Part shown: piece after piece, positions 30,261-41,552 of the stretch
Position numbering within the stretch: the first letter of the stretch is position 1
Layout of the letters: each line of letters starts with the position of its first letter
NCBI GenBank assembly: GCA_030153785.1
Contig: JASKLF010000006.1
Location: 1-64,000 of the forward strand
Origin: a bacterium
Lineage (GTDB): Bacteria > Synergistota > GBS-1
Direction of reading: 5' to 3'
Length of the DNA stretch: 64,000 nt
Made by a program: the position numbers and the translations under genes
The notes under the pieces: generated by a model
What the model saw: the letters and a program-made list of their open reading frames with translations, nothing else
Database searches by the model: none
What the model was told of the DNA's origin: nothing

Positions 30261-30965
30261 TCAAGCATCTTCCTTATTAATTATAACATCGTCAAGCATT
30301 TCGATAGCTTTTTTAGCAGCATCTTTTTCAGCTTCTTTTCTACTTTTACCCACGCCCGTGCCTAAAATCTTTCCTCTAAAAACAACCTTAACTCTAAATA
30401 TAGGCTCATGATTTGGCCCTTCAATCGACATAAGTTCATACCGAGGAAGCTCCTTAAATCTTGCTTGAAGAATCTCCTGAAGCCTTGTCTTCGGATCCTT
30501 TATGGCAATAGAAATCTTATCAACCTCCTCTAAGAGTGACTCAATCAAAGGTAACAAAAACTCCCTTACCCTTTCCAAACCACCATCCAAGTAAATAGCT
30601 CCTATGAGAGCTTCAAAAACATTAGCTAACGTGGATTTTCTCTTTCTCACACCCTGCTTATCATCGCCATTTCCCAAAAGAATAAAGGGACCCAAGCCTA
30701 TCTTATCAGCAAGATACGCTAGGGTCCCCCTGCTCACTATCTTAGACTTAATTAAAGCAAGCTCCCCCTCTTTTTTCTCTGGATACCTCTTAAGCAAATA
30801 TTCGCTAACAATTAAGGAAAGAACAGCATCTCCTAAAAACTCCATTCTCTCGTTATCCTTGCTAAGTCCATGCTCATGTGCATAAGAAGAATGTATTAGA
30901 GCCTCTTTTAAAAGTTCAGGATTTGAAAATCGGTAAGACAACCTCTTTTCGAGTTCGTCTATCAT
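30261..30965 (-). CDS. rnc: Ribonuclease III
   Basis: [23 protein letters not shown], dsRBD (DPKTRLQE...AEKDAA). Confidence 0.97.
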   Translation of the reverse strand: MIDELEKRLSYRFSNPELLKEALIHSSYAHEHGLSKDNERMEFLGDAVLSLIVSEYLLKRYPEKKEGELALIKSKIVSRGTLAYLADKIGLGPFILLGNGDDKQGVRKRKSTLANVFEALIGAIYLDGGLERVREFLLPLIESLLEEVDKISIAIKDPKTRLQEILQARFKELPRYELMSIEGPNHEPIFRVKVVFRGKILGTGVGKSRKEAEKDAAKKAIEMLDDVIINKEDA

Positions 30966-32203
30966 ACCTTCTTCAACACTAGAACAGCATTATGTCCTCC
31001 AAAACCGAAAGAATTCTTTATGGCTACCCTAACATTTGATTCCCTTGCCTCATTGGGAACATAGTCAAGATCACACTCTGGGTCCGGAACCTCATAGTTA
31101 ATGGTAGGATGAATCACACCTCCGTAAATAGCTAACAATGTGGCTATAATTTCGGCAGCTGCCGCCGCCCCCAAAAGATGCCCAATCATTGACTTTGTTG
31201 AGCTTATAGGAATTTTATACGCCCTCTCTCCAAAAACCTGCTTTATAGCCAAAGTTTCGGTTTTATCATTAAGAGGTGTTGATGTTCCATGAGCGTTAAT
31301 ATAATCTACCTCGTCAGGAGATATGCCAGCCTTTTCCAGCGCTTTCAACATCGCCTTGACCGCACCTTCTCCATCAGGGGATGGAGCAGTAATGTGATAA
31401 GCATCACAATTTGCAGCATATCCTACAAGCTCGGCGTAAATTCTCGCGCCTCTCGCCTTCGCTCTCTCCATCTCCTCCAACACTATTACTCCCGCACCTT
31501 CCCCAATCACAAAACCATCCCTTAACTTGTCAAAGGGCCGAGACGCCTTGGCAGGTTCATCATTTCTTGTAGAAAGAGCCTTCATAGCGCAAAAACCAGC
31601 AACTCCAATAGGTGTAACCGCAGCCTCTGCCCCACCCGCAAGCATAATGTCGGCATCTCCTCTCCTTATTATCTCGAAAGCCTCACCAATTGAATGAGCA
31701 GCACTTGCGCAAGCACTTACCGGTGCATAGTTAGGTCCTTTTGCATTATATTTTGTAGCAACATAAGCACCACTCATGTTGATTATCATCATCGGAATGA
31801 AAAACGGGCTTATCTTAGATGGGCCTTTTTCTAATAGAACCTTTATCTGCTCGAAAGAGGTGATAATACCCCCTTGACCGCTTCCTATGCATACACCAAA
31901 ACGCTCCGGATTAAGTTCATCTACATTTAGCCCAGCATCTTTCATCGCAAGTTCAGAAGCCACAAGTGAAAACTGGATAACCCTATCAAGTCGTTTCTGC
32001 TCCTTCTTATCAAGATAGGGGGAGGGATCGAAATTTCTAACCTCCCCAGCTATCTGAGAATCAAGTCCAGAAGGATCGAAAGAGGTTATTCTTTCTATGC
32101 CGTTTTTCCCTTCCTTAAGAGCTTGCCAAAATTCTTCCACGCCTATTCCTATTGGAGAAACCACACCAGCACCTGTAATAGCAACCCTTCGCAAGAACGT
32201 CAC
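30962..32203 (-). CDS. fabF: 3-oxoacyl-ACP synthase II
   Basis: [31 protein letters not shown]. Confidence 0.97.
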   Translation of the reverse strand: MTFLRRVAITGAGVVSPIGIGVEEFWQALKEGKNGIERITSFDPSGLDSQIAGEVRNFDPSPYLDKKEQKRLDRVIQFSLVASELAMKDAGLNVDELNPERFGVCIGSGQGGIITSFEQIKVLLEKGPSKISPFFIPMMIINMSGAYVATKYNAKGPNYAPVSACASAAHSIGEAFEIIRRGDADIMLAGGAEAAVTPIGVAGFCAMKALSTRNDEPAKASRPFDKLRDGFVIGEGAGVIVLEEMERAKARGARIYAELVGYAANCDAYHITAPSPDGEGAVKAMLKALEKAGISPDEVDYINAHGTSTPLNDKTETLAIKQVFGERAYKIPISSTKSMIGHLLGAAAAAEIIATLLAIYGGVIHPTINYEVPDPECDLDYVPNEARESNVRVAIKNSFGFGGHNAVLVLKKV

Positions 32204-32207
32204 CCCT

Positions 32208-32453
32208 TTAGTCTTCTATCCCAAGCTTATTTTTAATGTAGTCAACAGCAGCGCCTACGGTGGTTAGCTTTTCAGCATCCTCATCAGGGATCTCAATATC
32301 AAATTCTTCTTCTATTGCCATGATCAATTCTACAATATCAAGAGAATCCGCTCCCAGATCGTCGATAAAAGAAGCATCGGGTCTTATCTCAGATTCCTCT
32401 ACACCCAACCTTTCAACAACTATATTCTTGAGTCTTTCAAGGATATCTTCCAC
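32208..32453 (-). CDS. acpP: Acyl carrier protein
   Basis: [12 protein letters not shown] phosphopantetheine site. Start probably GTG 32453. Confidence 0.97.
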   Translation of the reverse strand: MEDILERLKNIVVERLGVEESEIRPDASFIDDLGADSLDIVELIMAIEEEFDIEIPDEDAEKLTTVGAAVDYIKNKLGIED

Positions 32454-32470
32454 CTCGTTCACCCCCCTTC

Positions 32471-33214
32471 TTACATCACCATTCCACCGTCAATATTTAT
32501 AACCTGACCTGTTATGTAGCTTGCGTCCTCAGAAGCAAGAAAAGCCACCAATTTGGCCACCTCCTCGGGTTTTCCTATCCTTCGCAGAGCAATTTGCTCC
32601 AAAAAGCGTTCTTTCATCTCCGCTGGTAGAGAAGATGTCATATCTGTCTCTATAAAACCAGGGGCCACTGCGTTTACTGTAATTCCCCTGCTTCCGACCT
32701 CTTTTGCAAGCGCCTTCGTAAAACCTATCACCCCTGCTTTAGCTGCGGCATAATTAGTTTGACCGATATTGCCAATTTCCCCTATGACAGAAGTTATGTT
32801 TATTATCCTGCCCCATCTTTTCTTAAGCATACCCTTTACAGCTTCCCTCGAACACAAAAAAACCCCCGTTAAGTCCGTATCTATAACTTCCCGCCAATCC
32901 CTCAACTTCATTCTAAGTAAAAGAGTATCTCTAACTATCCCTGCATTGTTAACCAAGATATCCACACCACCAAATTCTGAAGAAACCTTCTTAAACATTT
33001 CTGCGACATCTTCTTCAAGAGCAACGTTTGCCTTTACCGCCATAGCTACACCGCCGTTTTTTAAAATACTATCGACAACTTCTTGGGCAAGCTTCTCACT
33101 TTTGGCATAATTAACAACAACTTTTGCACCACGATTGGCAAGCTCAATTGCTATTGCTCTCCCTATTCCTCGCGATCCTCCCGTAACAAGAGCCGTTTTC
33201 CCAAGCAAGCTCAT
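32471..33214 (-). CDS. fabG: 3-oxoacyl-ACP reductase
   Basis: [25 protein letters not shown]. Confidence 0.96.
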   Translation of the reverse strand: MSLLGKTALVTGGSRGIGRAIAIELANRGAKVVVNYAKSEKLAQEVVDSILKNGGVAMAVKANVALEEDVAEMFKKVSSEFGGVDILVNNAGIVRDTLLLRMKLRDWREVIDTDLTGVFLCSREAVKGMLKKRWGRIINITSVIGEIGNIGQTNYAAAKAGVIGFTKALAKEVGSRGITVNAVAPGFIETDMTSSLPAEMKERFLEQIALRRIGKPEEVAKLVAFLASEDASYITGQVINIDGGMVM

Positions 33215-33215
33215 T

Positions 33216-34160
33216 TTAAATAACCCCCTCTAAAAAATCAAGGGTTTCCTTCAACGTTTTTTCATCCTCAACCCTAAGAAGCTTAACATTTCTGTTAATA
33301 GACTTTATAAGACCAGACAACACCTTCCCCGGGCCAACCTCGATGAAAGCTTCTACACCTTCTTCTACCATCTTGACCACAGAATCAACCCATTTAACAG
33401 GAGAAAAAGTTTGGTTTTTAAGCTTAAGCTTTATTTCATCACCCTTTACGGTTGGCAACCCATCCACATTCGTAACTATGGGAATCTGAGCATCTCTAAA
33501 TGAAATCCTCTGAAATTCTACCCAAAGCTTTTCTCCCACTTCTTTCATTAACTCACAATGAAAGGGGGCGCTTACATTAAGCTCGACTACTTTTTTAGCC
33601 CCTCTTTCCTTAGCTAAGCTCAACGCCCTTTTAACTGCCTCCTTATGACCAGAAATTACTATTTGAGACGGAGAATTAATGTTAGCACAAGACAGAATCT
33701 CTCCCATCGCGCTCTCAAGGCATATTTTCTCAACCTCTTCTATAGGAAGCCCAATAACGGCTCCCATCGCACCCACTCCTAAAGGAACAGCCTCTTGCAT
33801 CCACTCTCCTCTTTTTCGCACAAGTTTAATGGCGTCAGGAAATTCTAAAACTGAAGAAGCAACAAGCGCTGTATACTCTCCTAAACTATGACCAGCAAAA
33901 AAGGCAGGTTTTATTTCAGGCTTCATATCCTTAAGGAGCCTCCAAAAAGCCACAGAAACAGCCATTATAGCAGGTTGAGTATTATAGGTCTTGGATAACT
34001 CTTCTTCCGGTCCCTCAAAGCAAAGCTTCTTTATGGGAATACCTAAAACGCTATCCGCTTCATCTAAAGTCTCATCAACAATCGGATATTTCTCTGCAAG
34101 TTCTCTTCCCATACCTACATACTGAGAAGCCTGACCAGGAAAAACGACAGCATATTTCAT
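33216..34160 (-). CDS. fabD: Malonyl-CoA:ACP transacylase
   Basis: FPGQ, TQPAI, GHSLGE, SAPFH. Confidence 0.96.
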   Translation of the reverse strand: MKYAVVFPGQASQYVGMGRELAEKYPIVDETLDEADSVLGIPIKKLCFEGPEEELSKTYNTQPAIMAVSVAFWRLLKDMKPEIKPAFFAGHSLGEYTALVASSVLEFPDAIKLVRKRGEWMQEAVPLGVGAMGAVIGLPIEEVEKICLESAMGEILSCANINSPSQIVISGHKEAVKRALSLAKERGAKKVVELNVSAPFHCELMKEVGEKLWVEFQRISFRDAQIPIVTNVDGLPTVKGDEIKLKLKNQTFSPVKWVDSVVKMVEEGVEAFIEVGPGKVLSGLIKSINRNVKLLRVEDEKTLKETLDFLEGVI

Positions 34161-35125
34161 TAGGCTTCACCTCTTAAATATTTGGAGGATAAACCTTCCA
34201 AAACAGAATAAGCCTCCCTCATTATATCTTCTATTATTTCTTTAGCTGGCTTTATGTCTTTTATCAAACCAGATATCTGTCCTGCCATAACCGATCCCCA
34301 TTCCACATCACCTTCCACCACTGCTGACCTCAGTTTACCAACACCAAGCTTCTCAAACTCTTCAATAGAAGCCCTTTCCATCTCTAGTCTTTCGAATTCT
34401 TTTGTCAACTTGTTTTTAAGACACCTAACAGGATGTCCAGTTATACGCGCTGTAACTACCGTATCCCTGTCACCTGCATTTACTATTCTTTCTTTGTATT
34501 TTATATGAGCAGGACTTTCCAACGCACAAACAAATCTTGTTCCCATCTGGACTCCTTCCGCTCCCAAAGCTAAAGCAGCAACAAATCCTCTACCATCTCC
34601 TATTCCACCAGCAGCTATTACAGGAATACTAACAGCATCAACAACCTGAGGAACAAGCACCATGGTCGTTAGCTCCCCTATATGACCTCCTGACTCGGTT
34701 CCCTCAGCTACAACAGCATCGGCTCCCTGTTTTTCCACTCTCTTGGCATGAGCAACAGAGGCTATAACAGGGATAACCTTCGTACCCAGAGGTTTCAGAG
34801 CATCTATTACCTTCTGAGGGCTACCAGCACCAGTAGTCACAACAGGAACCCTTTCACGTTTCAAAAGCTCTATTACATCATCAACATACGGAGAAAGAAG
34901 CATTATATTGACCCCAAAGGGTTTATTAGTCAACTCTTTCGCTCTTTTTATCTCCTTCTCAAGCCAATCAGCCGGGGCATTACCGGCTCCTATTATTCCT
35001 AAACCACCGGCGTTTGATACTGCTGCTGCAAGATCTGCATTAGCAACCCACGCCATACCTCCTTGAAATATAGGATATTCCAAATTCAGCATTTCCGTTA
35101 TCCTAGTTTTAAACCTTATTACCAT
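34160..35125 (-). CDS. fabK: Enoyl-ACP reductase FabK
   Basis: QGGMAW, EGTESGGHIG, AAGGIGDGRG, GTRF, MAGQ; fab operon context. Confidence 0.93.
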   Translation of the reverse strand: MVIRFKTRITEMLNLEYPIFQGGMAWVANADLAAAVSNAGGLGIIGAGNAPADWLEKEIKRAKELTNKPFGVNIMLLSPYVDDVIELLKRERVPVVTTGAGSPQKVIDALKPLGTKVIPVIASVAHAKRVEKQGADAVVAEGTESGGHIGELTTMVLVPQVVDAVSIPVIAAGGIGDGRGFVAALALGAEGVQMGTRFVCALESPAHIKYKERIVNAGDRDTVVTARITGHPVRCLKNKLTKEFERLEMERASIEEFEKLGVGKLRSAVVEGDVEWGSVMAGQISGLIKDIKPAKEIIEDIMREAYSVLEGLSSKYLRGEA

Positions 35126-36096
35126 TCCAATATCACTCCCCCATAGGTCATTCCAGAACCGAAGCTAACAAACATTATCTTGTCTCCCTTTTTTATCCTT
35201 CCATCCCTAACAGCCTCATCCAGAGCAATAAAAACAGTAGCTGCCGAAGTATTACCATATTTATCTAGGTTAACGATGGCCTTCTCTTTACTCACGCCAA
35301 ATCTGTCTAACACAGCGTCTATTATTCTTAAGTTAGCCTGATGAAAAATATACCAATCTATATCTGCTGGAGTCATTCCATTCCTCTCCAGCAAAGATTT
35401 CATGAAAGCAGGGATCACTCTAACAACATACTTAAAAACTTCGTTCCCTTTCATATGCACGGTATGAAGCTTTTTCCTTACCGTTTCTTCCGTAGCTGGC
35501 ATAGCGGCTAATCCTGCTGGAAGCTCTATGTAATCAGCCTTCGTTCCATCAGACTTCAAATCGAAGTCAATTATTCCCCCATTTTCCACTGCTCTCATAA
35601 CTACAGCCCCGGCTCCATCTCCAAAAAGAACACATGTATTACGATCTTCCCAATTAACGATTCTAGACAAAACCTCCACACCTATAACCAATACATTTTT
35701 CCAATGCCCATTTTTAATACCAGGCTCAACAATAGCCATAGCATACACCGGGCTTGTACATCCCGCTTGCAAATCGAAGGCTCCAGCCCTTGAAGCTCCA
35801 AGCATAGCTTGAACTCTACACGCTGTTGCTGGGAAAAGGGTATCAGGAGAATTTGTAGCAACAACTATTAAATCTATATCTTCTGAAGAAAGCTTAGCGC
35901 TCTCCAACGCCTTTTTAGCAGCTTCATATGCAAGATGAGACGGATTCACCCCTTCAGGTGCTATTCTTCTCTCTCTGATGCCTGTCCGCGTCACAATCCA
36001 TTCGTCGGAAGTTTCCACCATCTTTTCGAGATCCTTGTTCGTAAGAACAACATCCGGAAGATAAGACCCTACCCCTACGATACCAACTCGATTCAA
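35119..36096 (-). CDS. fabH: 3-oxoacyl-ACP synthase III
   Basis: TSDEWIVTRTGI, AGCT, FGDGAGA, HQAN, GNTS. Start probably TTG 36096. Confidence 0.95.
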   Translation of the reverse strand: MNRVGIVGVGSYLPDVVLTNKDLEKMVETSDEWIVTRTGIRERRIAPEGVNPSHLAYEAAKKALESAKLSSEDIDLIVVATNSPDTLFPATACRVQAMLGASRAGAFDLQAGCTSPVYAMAIVEPGIKNGHWKNVLVIGVEVLSRIVNWEDRNTCVLFGDGAGAVVMRAVENGGIIDFDLKSDGTKADYIELPAGLAAMPATEETVRKKLHTVHMKGNEVFKYVVRVIPAFMKSLLERNGMTPADIDWYIFHQANLRIIDAVLDRFGVSKEKAIVNLDKYGNTSAATVFIALDEAVRDGRIKKGDKIMFVSFGSGMTYGGVILEW

Positions 36097-36097
36097 A

Positions 36098-37102
36098 CTA
36101 ACCACCACCTTCAAGACGCTTTTTTATTCGCTCAAGACCACCCTGTAACACAAACTCACGTGCTACCTTAATCGCATTAAAAATGGCCCTGCTTTTAGAC
36201 CTACCATGAGCTACAATTATCACTCCATCAACTCCCAAAAGGGGAGTGCCCCCGTATGCCTCATAGTCAAATTCCTGCCAAAGATCCCTAAGCATAGGAA
36301 GCATAAACAAAATACCTAACCGAGGAAGAAGCCTTTTCCCTATCTCTTCTTGAAGAAGCCTGTATACGGCCTCAGCAACCCCCTCTATAAACTTAAGCAT
36401 CACATTTCCAACAAATCCATCACAAACCACCACATCAGCTACCCCAAAAGGTATGTCCTTTCCCTCAACATTACCTATAAAGTTTATATTAGGCGCATTT
36501 TCCATTATTTCATAAGCTTCCTTTATAACTTCGTCTCCCTTTCCCCTCTCCTCTCCAACGGTTAAGAGCCCAACTTTGGGATTCTCTATTCCCAATATTG
36601 CAGACATATAAACGCTACCCATAACCGCAAATTGGTATAGGTTTTTTGGCTTACACCCAGCAGTCGCTCCCACATCAATCAAAAAAGCCCTACCTTTAAG
36701 GGTCGGAATTGCAACACCAAGAGCAGGCCTATCTATTCCCTCTATCCTCCCCAATCCCAACAATGCGCCCGCAACTATGGCTCCCGTGTTACCCGCGGAA
36801 ACGAACGCGTCTACTTTCTTTTCTTTAAGTAGCCTTATTGACTCCCATATCGAAGACTTCTTCTTTTTCCTAATTGCATCTACAGGAGATTCACCCATCC
36901 CTACACTTTCAGGGGCATGGTGTATCAAGATACCTTTCATTTTGTCCTTTTCAAGCCCAAGCCTATCTAAAGCCTCTCCGATAATAATTTCATTTCCTAC
37001 AAGAACAATCTCTTCTCCCAAATTTTTCACAGCCAAGAGGGCTCCTTTAATTACTTCCTCAGGAGCATAATCTCCTCCCATTGCATCCAACGCTATCTTC
37101 AT
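36098..37102 (-). CDS. plsX: Phosphate acyltransferase PlsX
   Basis: IALDAMGGD, SAGNTGA, DRPAL, DGFVGNVMLK, GGTPLLG, HGRS. Confidence 0.96.
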   Translation of the reverse strand: MKIALDAMGGDYAPEEVIKGALLAVKNLGEEIVLVGNEIIIGEALDRLGLEKDKMKGILIHHAPESVGMGESPVDAIRKKKKSSIWESIRLLKEKKVDAFVSAGNTGAIVAGALLGLGRIEGIDRPALGVAIPTLKGRAFLIDVGATAGCKPKNLYQFAVMGSVYMSAILGIENPKVGLLTVGEERGKGDEVIKEAYEIMENAPNINFIGNVEGKDIPFGVADVVVCDGFVGNVMLKFIEGVAEAVYRLLQEEIGKRLLPRLGILFMLPMLRDLWQEFDYEAYGGTPLLGVDGVIIVAHGRSKSRAIFNAIKVAREFVLQGGLERIKKRLEGGG

Positions 37103-37695
37103 GTCTTTTCTCCCCCCTTCTCCCGAGAAACAACAATAAAGTATCCCACAAAAACCTCAACGTCGTTAACATACGAATGAATAGATATTAGATACTTATT
37201 ACCCTTCTTCTTTGCAACCCTGCCCTGAGCAACTATTTTATCACCAACCTTAACGGGACGCTTAAAGCTTATCCTTGCTCTTCCTATTAAAACTTCTTCC
37301 GAACCTATTAAAGCCATTGCAAGAGAACTTGCTTGAGCAAAAGTATATACCTCTCTAATCACGTCACTGTTTTTAAAAGCCATCTCCTTAGTAGTTTCAA
37401 GAACAGAAATTCCTCTTTCATTCAGCCTCAGCTCTATAAGATCCCCTGTCATTTCATCGGGAGACATAGACCTAAGGACGCTTCTTGCCCTCTCGGCCAT
37501 CCTTCTCATACGCTCCCTAATCTCTGGAATACCCAGTCTTGCTCTATCAAATCGAATTGTAGATATGCTAACCTTTAATATCTCGGCAAGCTCCTCATCA
37601 GTAAGAAGAGGGTTACTTTCTACAAGCTTTTTCAAGCTTTCCTCTCTTTCCATCTTTTTAAGTTTTCTTAAAGAACTGTAAGTCCTCTTCCCCAA
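37099..37695 (-). CDS. fapR: Fatty-acid biosynthesis repressor FapR
   Basis: NPLLTDEELA..VSISTIRFDR..LGIPEIRER HTH, hot-dog domain with FAQASSLA; first gene of the plsX-fab operon. Confidence 0.9.
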   Translation of the reverse strand: MGKRTYSSLRKLKKMEREESLKKLVESNPLLTDEELAEILKVSISTIRFDRARLGIPEIRERMRRMAERARSVLRSMSPDEMTGDLIELRLNERGISVLETTKEMAFKNSDVIREVYTFAQASSLAMALIGSEEVLIGRARISFKRPVKVGDKIVAQGRVAKKKGNKYLISIHSYVNDVEVFVGYFIVVSREKGGEKT

Positions 37696-37708
37696 TTAAC
37701 AACACCTC

Positions 37709-37725
37709 ATAATACCTGCTAATAA
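37709..37725. promoter_or_regulatory. Probable FapR operator
   Basis: 17-bp imperfect palindrome TTATTAGCAGGTATTAT (minus) between the promoter and the fapR SD; resembles TTAGTACCxGGTACTAA-type FapR boxes. Confidence 0.5.
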
Positions 37726-37738
37726 TAGCTGCTCACAA

Positions 37739-37767
37739 ATTATACCAAAACACCATGCTTCCCTCAA
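37739..37767 (-). promoter_or_regulatory. Sigma70 promoter of the fapR-fab operon
   Basis: TTGAGG-N17-TATAAT with extended -10 TG. Confidence 0.7.
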
Positions 37768-37808
37768 GCCATTTTTAAAGCAAAAAATAACCCCTTTTCT
37801 CAAGCTTT

Positions 37809-37817
37809 TGGTATAAT
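37809..37817 (+). promoter_or_regulatory. Extended -10 promoter of the TAXI operon
   Basis: TGGTATAAT about 35 bp upstream of the start codon, followed by a G-rich SD. Confidence 0.55.
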
Positions 37818-37851
37818 GAAAGTATAAAAATCAGTAAAAGGGGGGAGTTAG

Positions 37852-38856
37852 ATGAAAAAAGGGCTTACATTTTTAATTCTCGCAATTCTTATTATAGGGA
37901 TCTGTGGAAGCGCTGTAGCAGCAACCGTATTCATAAGAATCACAACAGCAACAACGGGTGGAACTTATTATCCCGTAGGAGTAGGGATGGCAACCTTATG
38001 GACAGAAAAGCTAAAAAACGAAGGAATTGAAGCAAGGGCAATGTCATCTGCAGGATGGGTTGAAAATGTGGATATATTAAGAAAACACGAGGCAGAGATC
38101 GGAATAATGCAGGGACTTGCACAAGTTTTAGCGTGGGAGGGAAAAGACATTTTCCAAGGAAATCCCTACAAAGATATGCGATCTATGCTTGTCCTTTGGC
38201 CTAATGTTGATCATTTCGTTCTTGTGAAAGACAAAGTTAAAACTGGAACAGCAATAGATATAAAAGGAACACGCTTTTGCCCAGGCGCTACTGGAAGCGG
38301 AACGCTTATGTCAACCAAATATATAATGCAGGCTTTAGGAATAACCTTCAAAGATATTCAGCCAGAATTTGTAGGATACGCTGAAGCAGCAAGAGCAATT
38401 ATGGATGGAAGACTTGACGGCGGTTCCTTCATAGCAGGTCCGCCTGTTTCCGCCGTGACCGAGTTATTCGCAGCACCGGGAGGTCCCAAAGTCAAAATTT
38501 TAGAATTCACCGATGAACAGCTAAAGAAAGTTCAAGAGATTCTCCCCTTCTATTTCCGCTTCGTGATAGAACCCGGGACCTATCCTAACCAGAATGAACC
38601 TATAAAAACCATCGCTCAGCCTAACTGGCTTGCCGTGAGAAAAGATGTCCCCGCCGATGTAGTTTATAAACTAACCAAAACACTATGGGAAAATTTAGAC
38701 TACATGTTAAAGGTTCATAAAGCTTGTAGATATCTAAATCTAGAAAAAGCCTTAGATGGACTTACTGTTCCACTCCACCCTGGGGCATATAGGTACTATA
38801 AAGAAAAAGGTCTGTCCATTCCTGACCGCCTTATTCCTCCAGAAGAAAAGAAATGA
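37852..38856 (+). CDS. TAXI-family TRAP transporter solute-binding protein
   Basis: Signal peptide, TATTGGTYYPVG, GSGT, IEPGTYP, VPLHPGAYRYYKE. Confidence 0.93.
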   Translation: MKKGLTFLILAILIIGICGSAVAATVFIRITTATTGGTYYPVGVGMATLWTEKLKNEGIEARAMSSAGWVENVDILRKHEAEIGIMQGLAQVLAWEGKDIFQGNPYKDMRSMLVLWPNVDHFVLVKDKVKTGTAIDIKGTRFCPGATGSGTLMSTKYIMQALGITFKDIQPEFVGYAEAARAIMDGRLDGGSFIAGPPVSAVTELFAAPGGPKVKILEFTDEQLKKVQEILPFYFRFVIEPGTYPNQNEPIKTIAQPNWLAVRKDVPADVVYKLTKTLWENLDYMLKVHKACRYLNLEKALDGLTVPLHPGAYRYYKEKGLSIPDRLIPPEEKK

Positions 38857-38880
38857 GGCTTTAGAAAACAAAGCAAGACA

Positions 38881-38918
38881 AAAAGAAATGGGCTCGCCTG
38901 GCGAGCCCATTTCTTTTT
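38881..38918 (+). terminator. Intrinsic terminator or stabilising hairpin between the TAXI binding-protein and permease genes
   Basis: 17-bp inverted repeat AAAAGAAATGGGCTCGC / GCGAGCCCATTTCTTTT. Confidence 0.75.
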
Positions 38919-38940
38919 ACAGTTAGCAAAATAGGGGGGA

Positions 38941-40794
38941 TTGAAATTGAAGAGAGCCCTCAAGGGAAGGTACAGAACAATAGCAGCTATAATAGCTATC
39001 TCCTTTTCCGTGTTTGAGTTATGGGTCAATAGCTTTGGTATAATGCTCGACATAAAAAGAAACGCCCTACACCTTGGATTTCTACTAGCACTTGTGTTTT
39101 TACTCTATCCCGCATCCAAAAGGTCCGACTCGGAAAAACCAACGCTACTTGACACAACCTTATCCGTGCTAGGACTTTCCGTTGGACTTTATATCCTTTT
39201 TTTCTACGACGATCTCTTCACAAGGGCAGGCATCGCAATAACAAGAGATTACATATTCGCTATCGCATGTATCCTCTTAGTATTAGAGGCATCAAGAAGA
39301 AGCATAGGATGGATATTTTGCGGATTGGTAGCCTTCTTTCTCCTATATGCCGTTTATGGATACCTTTTTCCAGGGATTTTCAAGCATCCTGGTATAAGCT
39401 GGACAAGAACTCTATATAGAATGTATCTTACATATGAAGGGATATTAGGAGTAACCCTTTCGGTATCTTCAACCTTCATCTTCCTTTTTATCCTCTTCAG
39501 CGCTTTTCTTGAAGTCTGTGGAACAGCGGAATTTTTTAATGACCTAGCATTAGCCCTTGCAGGATCAAAACGCGGTGGACCCGCATTTGTAGCTGTTATA
39601 GCTAGTGCTCTCATGGGAACGCTAAGTGGAAGCGCTGTAGCAAATGTTGCTACCACAGGAAGTTTCACAATTCCCTTAATGAAAAAGATAGGATACAAGC
39701 CTCACTTTGCAGGCGCCGTGGAGGCCGCTGCTTCAACAGGGGGACAAATTATGCCCCCCATCATGGGTGCAGCAGCATTTCTAATGGCATCCTTCCTTCA
39801 GATATCTTATTTCAAGATAATAACCGCAGCTTTAATACCTGCTCTGCTCTATTATATTGCTATAGCAGCAAACGTCTACTTAGAAGCCAGAAGACTAAAC
39901 CTTCAAGGCATGCCTCCAGAAGATTTACCCTCGCTTAAAGAAGTCTTAACTAAAAGAGGTTTCATGATAACTCCTCTCATAGTAATAATATATTTGTTGC
40001 TAACAGGAAGAACTCCTTTAATGGCTGGCTTTGGAGGCATTATAACAACCATTTTAGTTAGTTTCATAAGAAGAGAAACACGCATTACCTTACAAAGGTT
40101 TCTCAAAGCCCTTGAAGAGGGAGCTTATTCAGCTACCCAAGTTGGAATAGCATGCGCCGCTTGTGGAATAATAGTAGGCGTAGCTGCCGTGACAGGCATT
40201 GGATCCACAATAGCTTACAGTCTTATACACTTGTCCGGAGGTATACCATTGGTTGCACTTTCCATGATCATGGCTACATGTATCATCCTCAGCATGGGAT
40301 TACCTTCCACAGCGCTTTACATAATAGTGGCAACGGTTGCAGCACCAGCAATGATCGACCTCGGCTTCCTCCCACTAGCAGCTCATTTCTTCGTCTTCTA
40401 TTTTGGAGCCCTCTCAAACCTTACTCCCCCAGTTGCATTAGCCTCATACACTGCAGCAGGATTAGCAGGATCTAATCCCACAATAACTGCCCTAACCGGA
40501 CTTAAACTAGCGTTGGCTGGTTTTATAATTCCTTTCGTATATACCTTTAATCCTGCCTTATTAGCTCAAAGCCCTACCGTATACTCGGTTTTCATTTCTG
40601 CAGGGGAATGCTTAGCCGGAGTTATAGCACTCGCAATAGGAACCGCAGGATATTTGCAGAAAAAGCTTAAAATTTGGGAAAGAAGCCTATTTATTTTATC
40701 GGCGATTCTACTGTTATTACCATTGAAAATGTCCTCTATTTATGGTATAGTTCCCCTTAGCCTACTTATAGTGAGAGAAAAATGGAAGCGTTAA
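38941..40794 (+). CDS. TRAP transporter fused 4TM/12TM permease (TAXI type)
   Basis: [54 protein letters not shown]. Confidence 0.93.
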   Translation: MKLKRALKGRYRTIAAIIAISFSVFELWVNSFGIMLDIKRNALHLGFLLALVFLLYPASKRSDSEKPTLLDTTLSVLGLSVGLYILFFYDDLFTRAGIAITRDYIFAIACILLVLEASRRSIGWIFCGLVAFFLLYAVYGYLFPGIFKHPGISWTRTLYRMYLTYEGILGVTLSVSSTFIFLFILFSAFLEVCGTAEFFNDLALALAGSKRGGPAFVAVIASALMGTLSGSAVANVATTGSFTIPLMKKIGYKPHFAGAVEAAASTGGQIMPPIMGAAAFLMASFLQISYFKIITAALIPALLYYIAIAANVYLEARRLNLQGMPPEDLPSLKEVLTKRGFMITPLIVIIYLLLTGRTPLMAGFGGIITTILVSFIRRETRITLQRFLKALEEGAYSATQVGIACAACGIIVGVAAVTGIGSTIAYSLIHLSGGIPLVALSMIMATCIILSMGLPSTALYIIVATVAAPAMIDLGFLPLAAHFFVFYFGALSNLTPPVALASYTAAGLAGSNPTITALTGLKLALAGFIIPFVYTFNPALLAQSPTVYSVFISAGECLAGVIALAIGTAGYLQKKLKIWERSLFILSAILLLLPLKMSSIYGIVPLSLLIVREKWKR

Positions 40795-41552
40795 GAGCCA
40801 TAAATATATCTAAAAAGTTTGGAGATCTTCACGTTCTTAAAGGAATAAGTATTTCTGTCAAAAAAGGAGAAGTCCTTTCCATTATAGGGCCTAGCGGTTC
40901 AGGAAAAAGCACCCTATTAAGATGTTTATGCGGCCTGGAACGAATAGACAGCGGTGAGATATACATAAACAACGAGCCTCTCTCTATTGGAAGATTCAGC
41001 CATAAAAATCTTGCAACGAAGATAGGAATGATATTTCAAAGCTTTAACCTTTTCCCCCATATGACCGCGCTTGAAAATGTTATGTTAGCTCCTATAAAGG
41101 TTAAGGGGTTAAGAAAAAGCGAGGCGGAAAAGCTGGCAAAAGACTTATTGGCACGAGTGGGATTAGAAGACAAGATAAACTATAGGCCGTCTCAGCTTTC
41201 CGGTGGCCAACAACAAAGAGTAGCTATAGCAAGAGCCTTAGCTATGCAACCTGATATCATGCTTTTTGACGAGCCAACTTCAGCCTTAGATCCAGAATTA
41301 GTTGGAGAGGTGCTGGATGTAATAGCCCAACTTGCAAAGGAAGGTATGACAATGATAATTGTGACTCATGAGATGCTTTTCGCCAAAGAAATATCTCATA
41401 GAGTCATCTTCATGGATGAAGGAGTCATCATCGAAGAGGGAAAGCCGGGTGAAATTTTCCTTCACCCTCAGAATCCGAGAACAAGAACTTTCCTAAAAAG
41501 GCTTTTGCCACACTTTGGGAGCTCACTGATAGAGGAAGAGATTAAGCCATGA
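40782..41552 (+). CDS. Polar amino-acid ABC transporter ATP-binding protein (GlnQ-like)
   Basis: [42 protein letters not shown]. Confidence 0.95.
   Translation: MEALRAINISKKFGDLHVLKGISISVKKGEVLSIIGPSGSGKSTLLRCLCGLERIDSGEIYINNEPLSIGRFSHKNLATKIGMIFQSFNLFPHMTALENVMLAPIKVKGLRKSEAEKLAKDLLARVGLEDKINYRPSQLSGGQQQRVAIARALAMQPDIMLFDEPTSALDPELVGEVLDVIAQLAKEGMTMIIVTHEMLFAKEISHRVIFMDEGVIIEEGKPGEIFLHPQNPRTRTFLKRLLPHFGSSLIEEEIKP

Noticed and set aside
37696..37851. Strand switch at 37.7 kb as an island boundary or origin
   Set aside because: It is explained by ordinary divergent promoters. No integrase, tRNA or direct repeats, and no composition shift obvious by eye (not computed).
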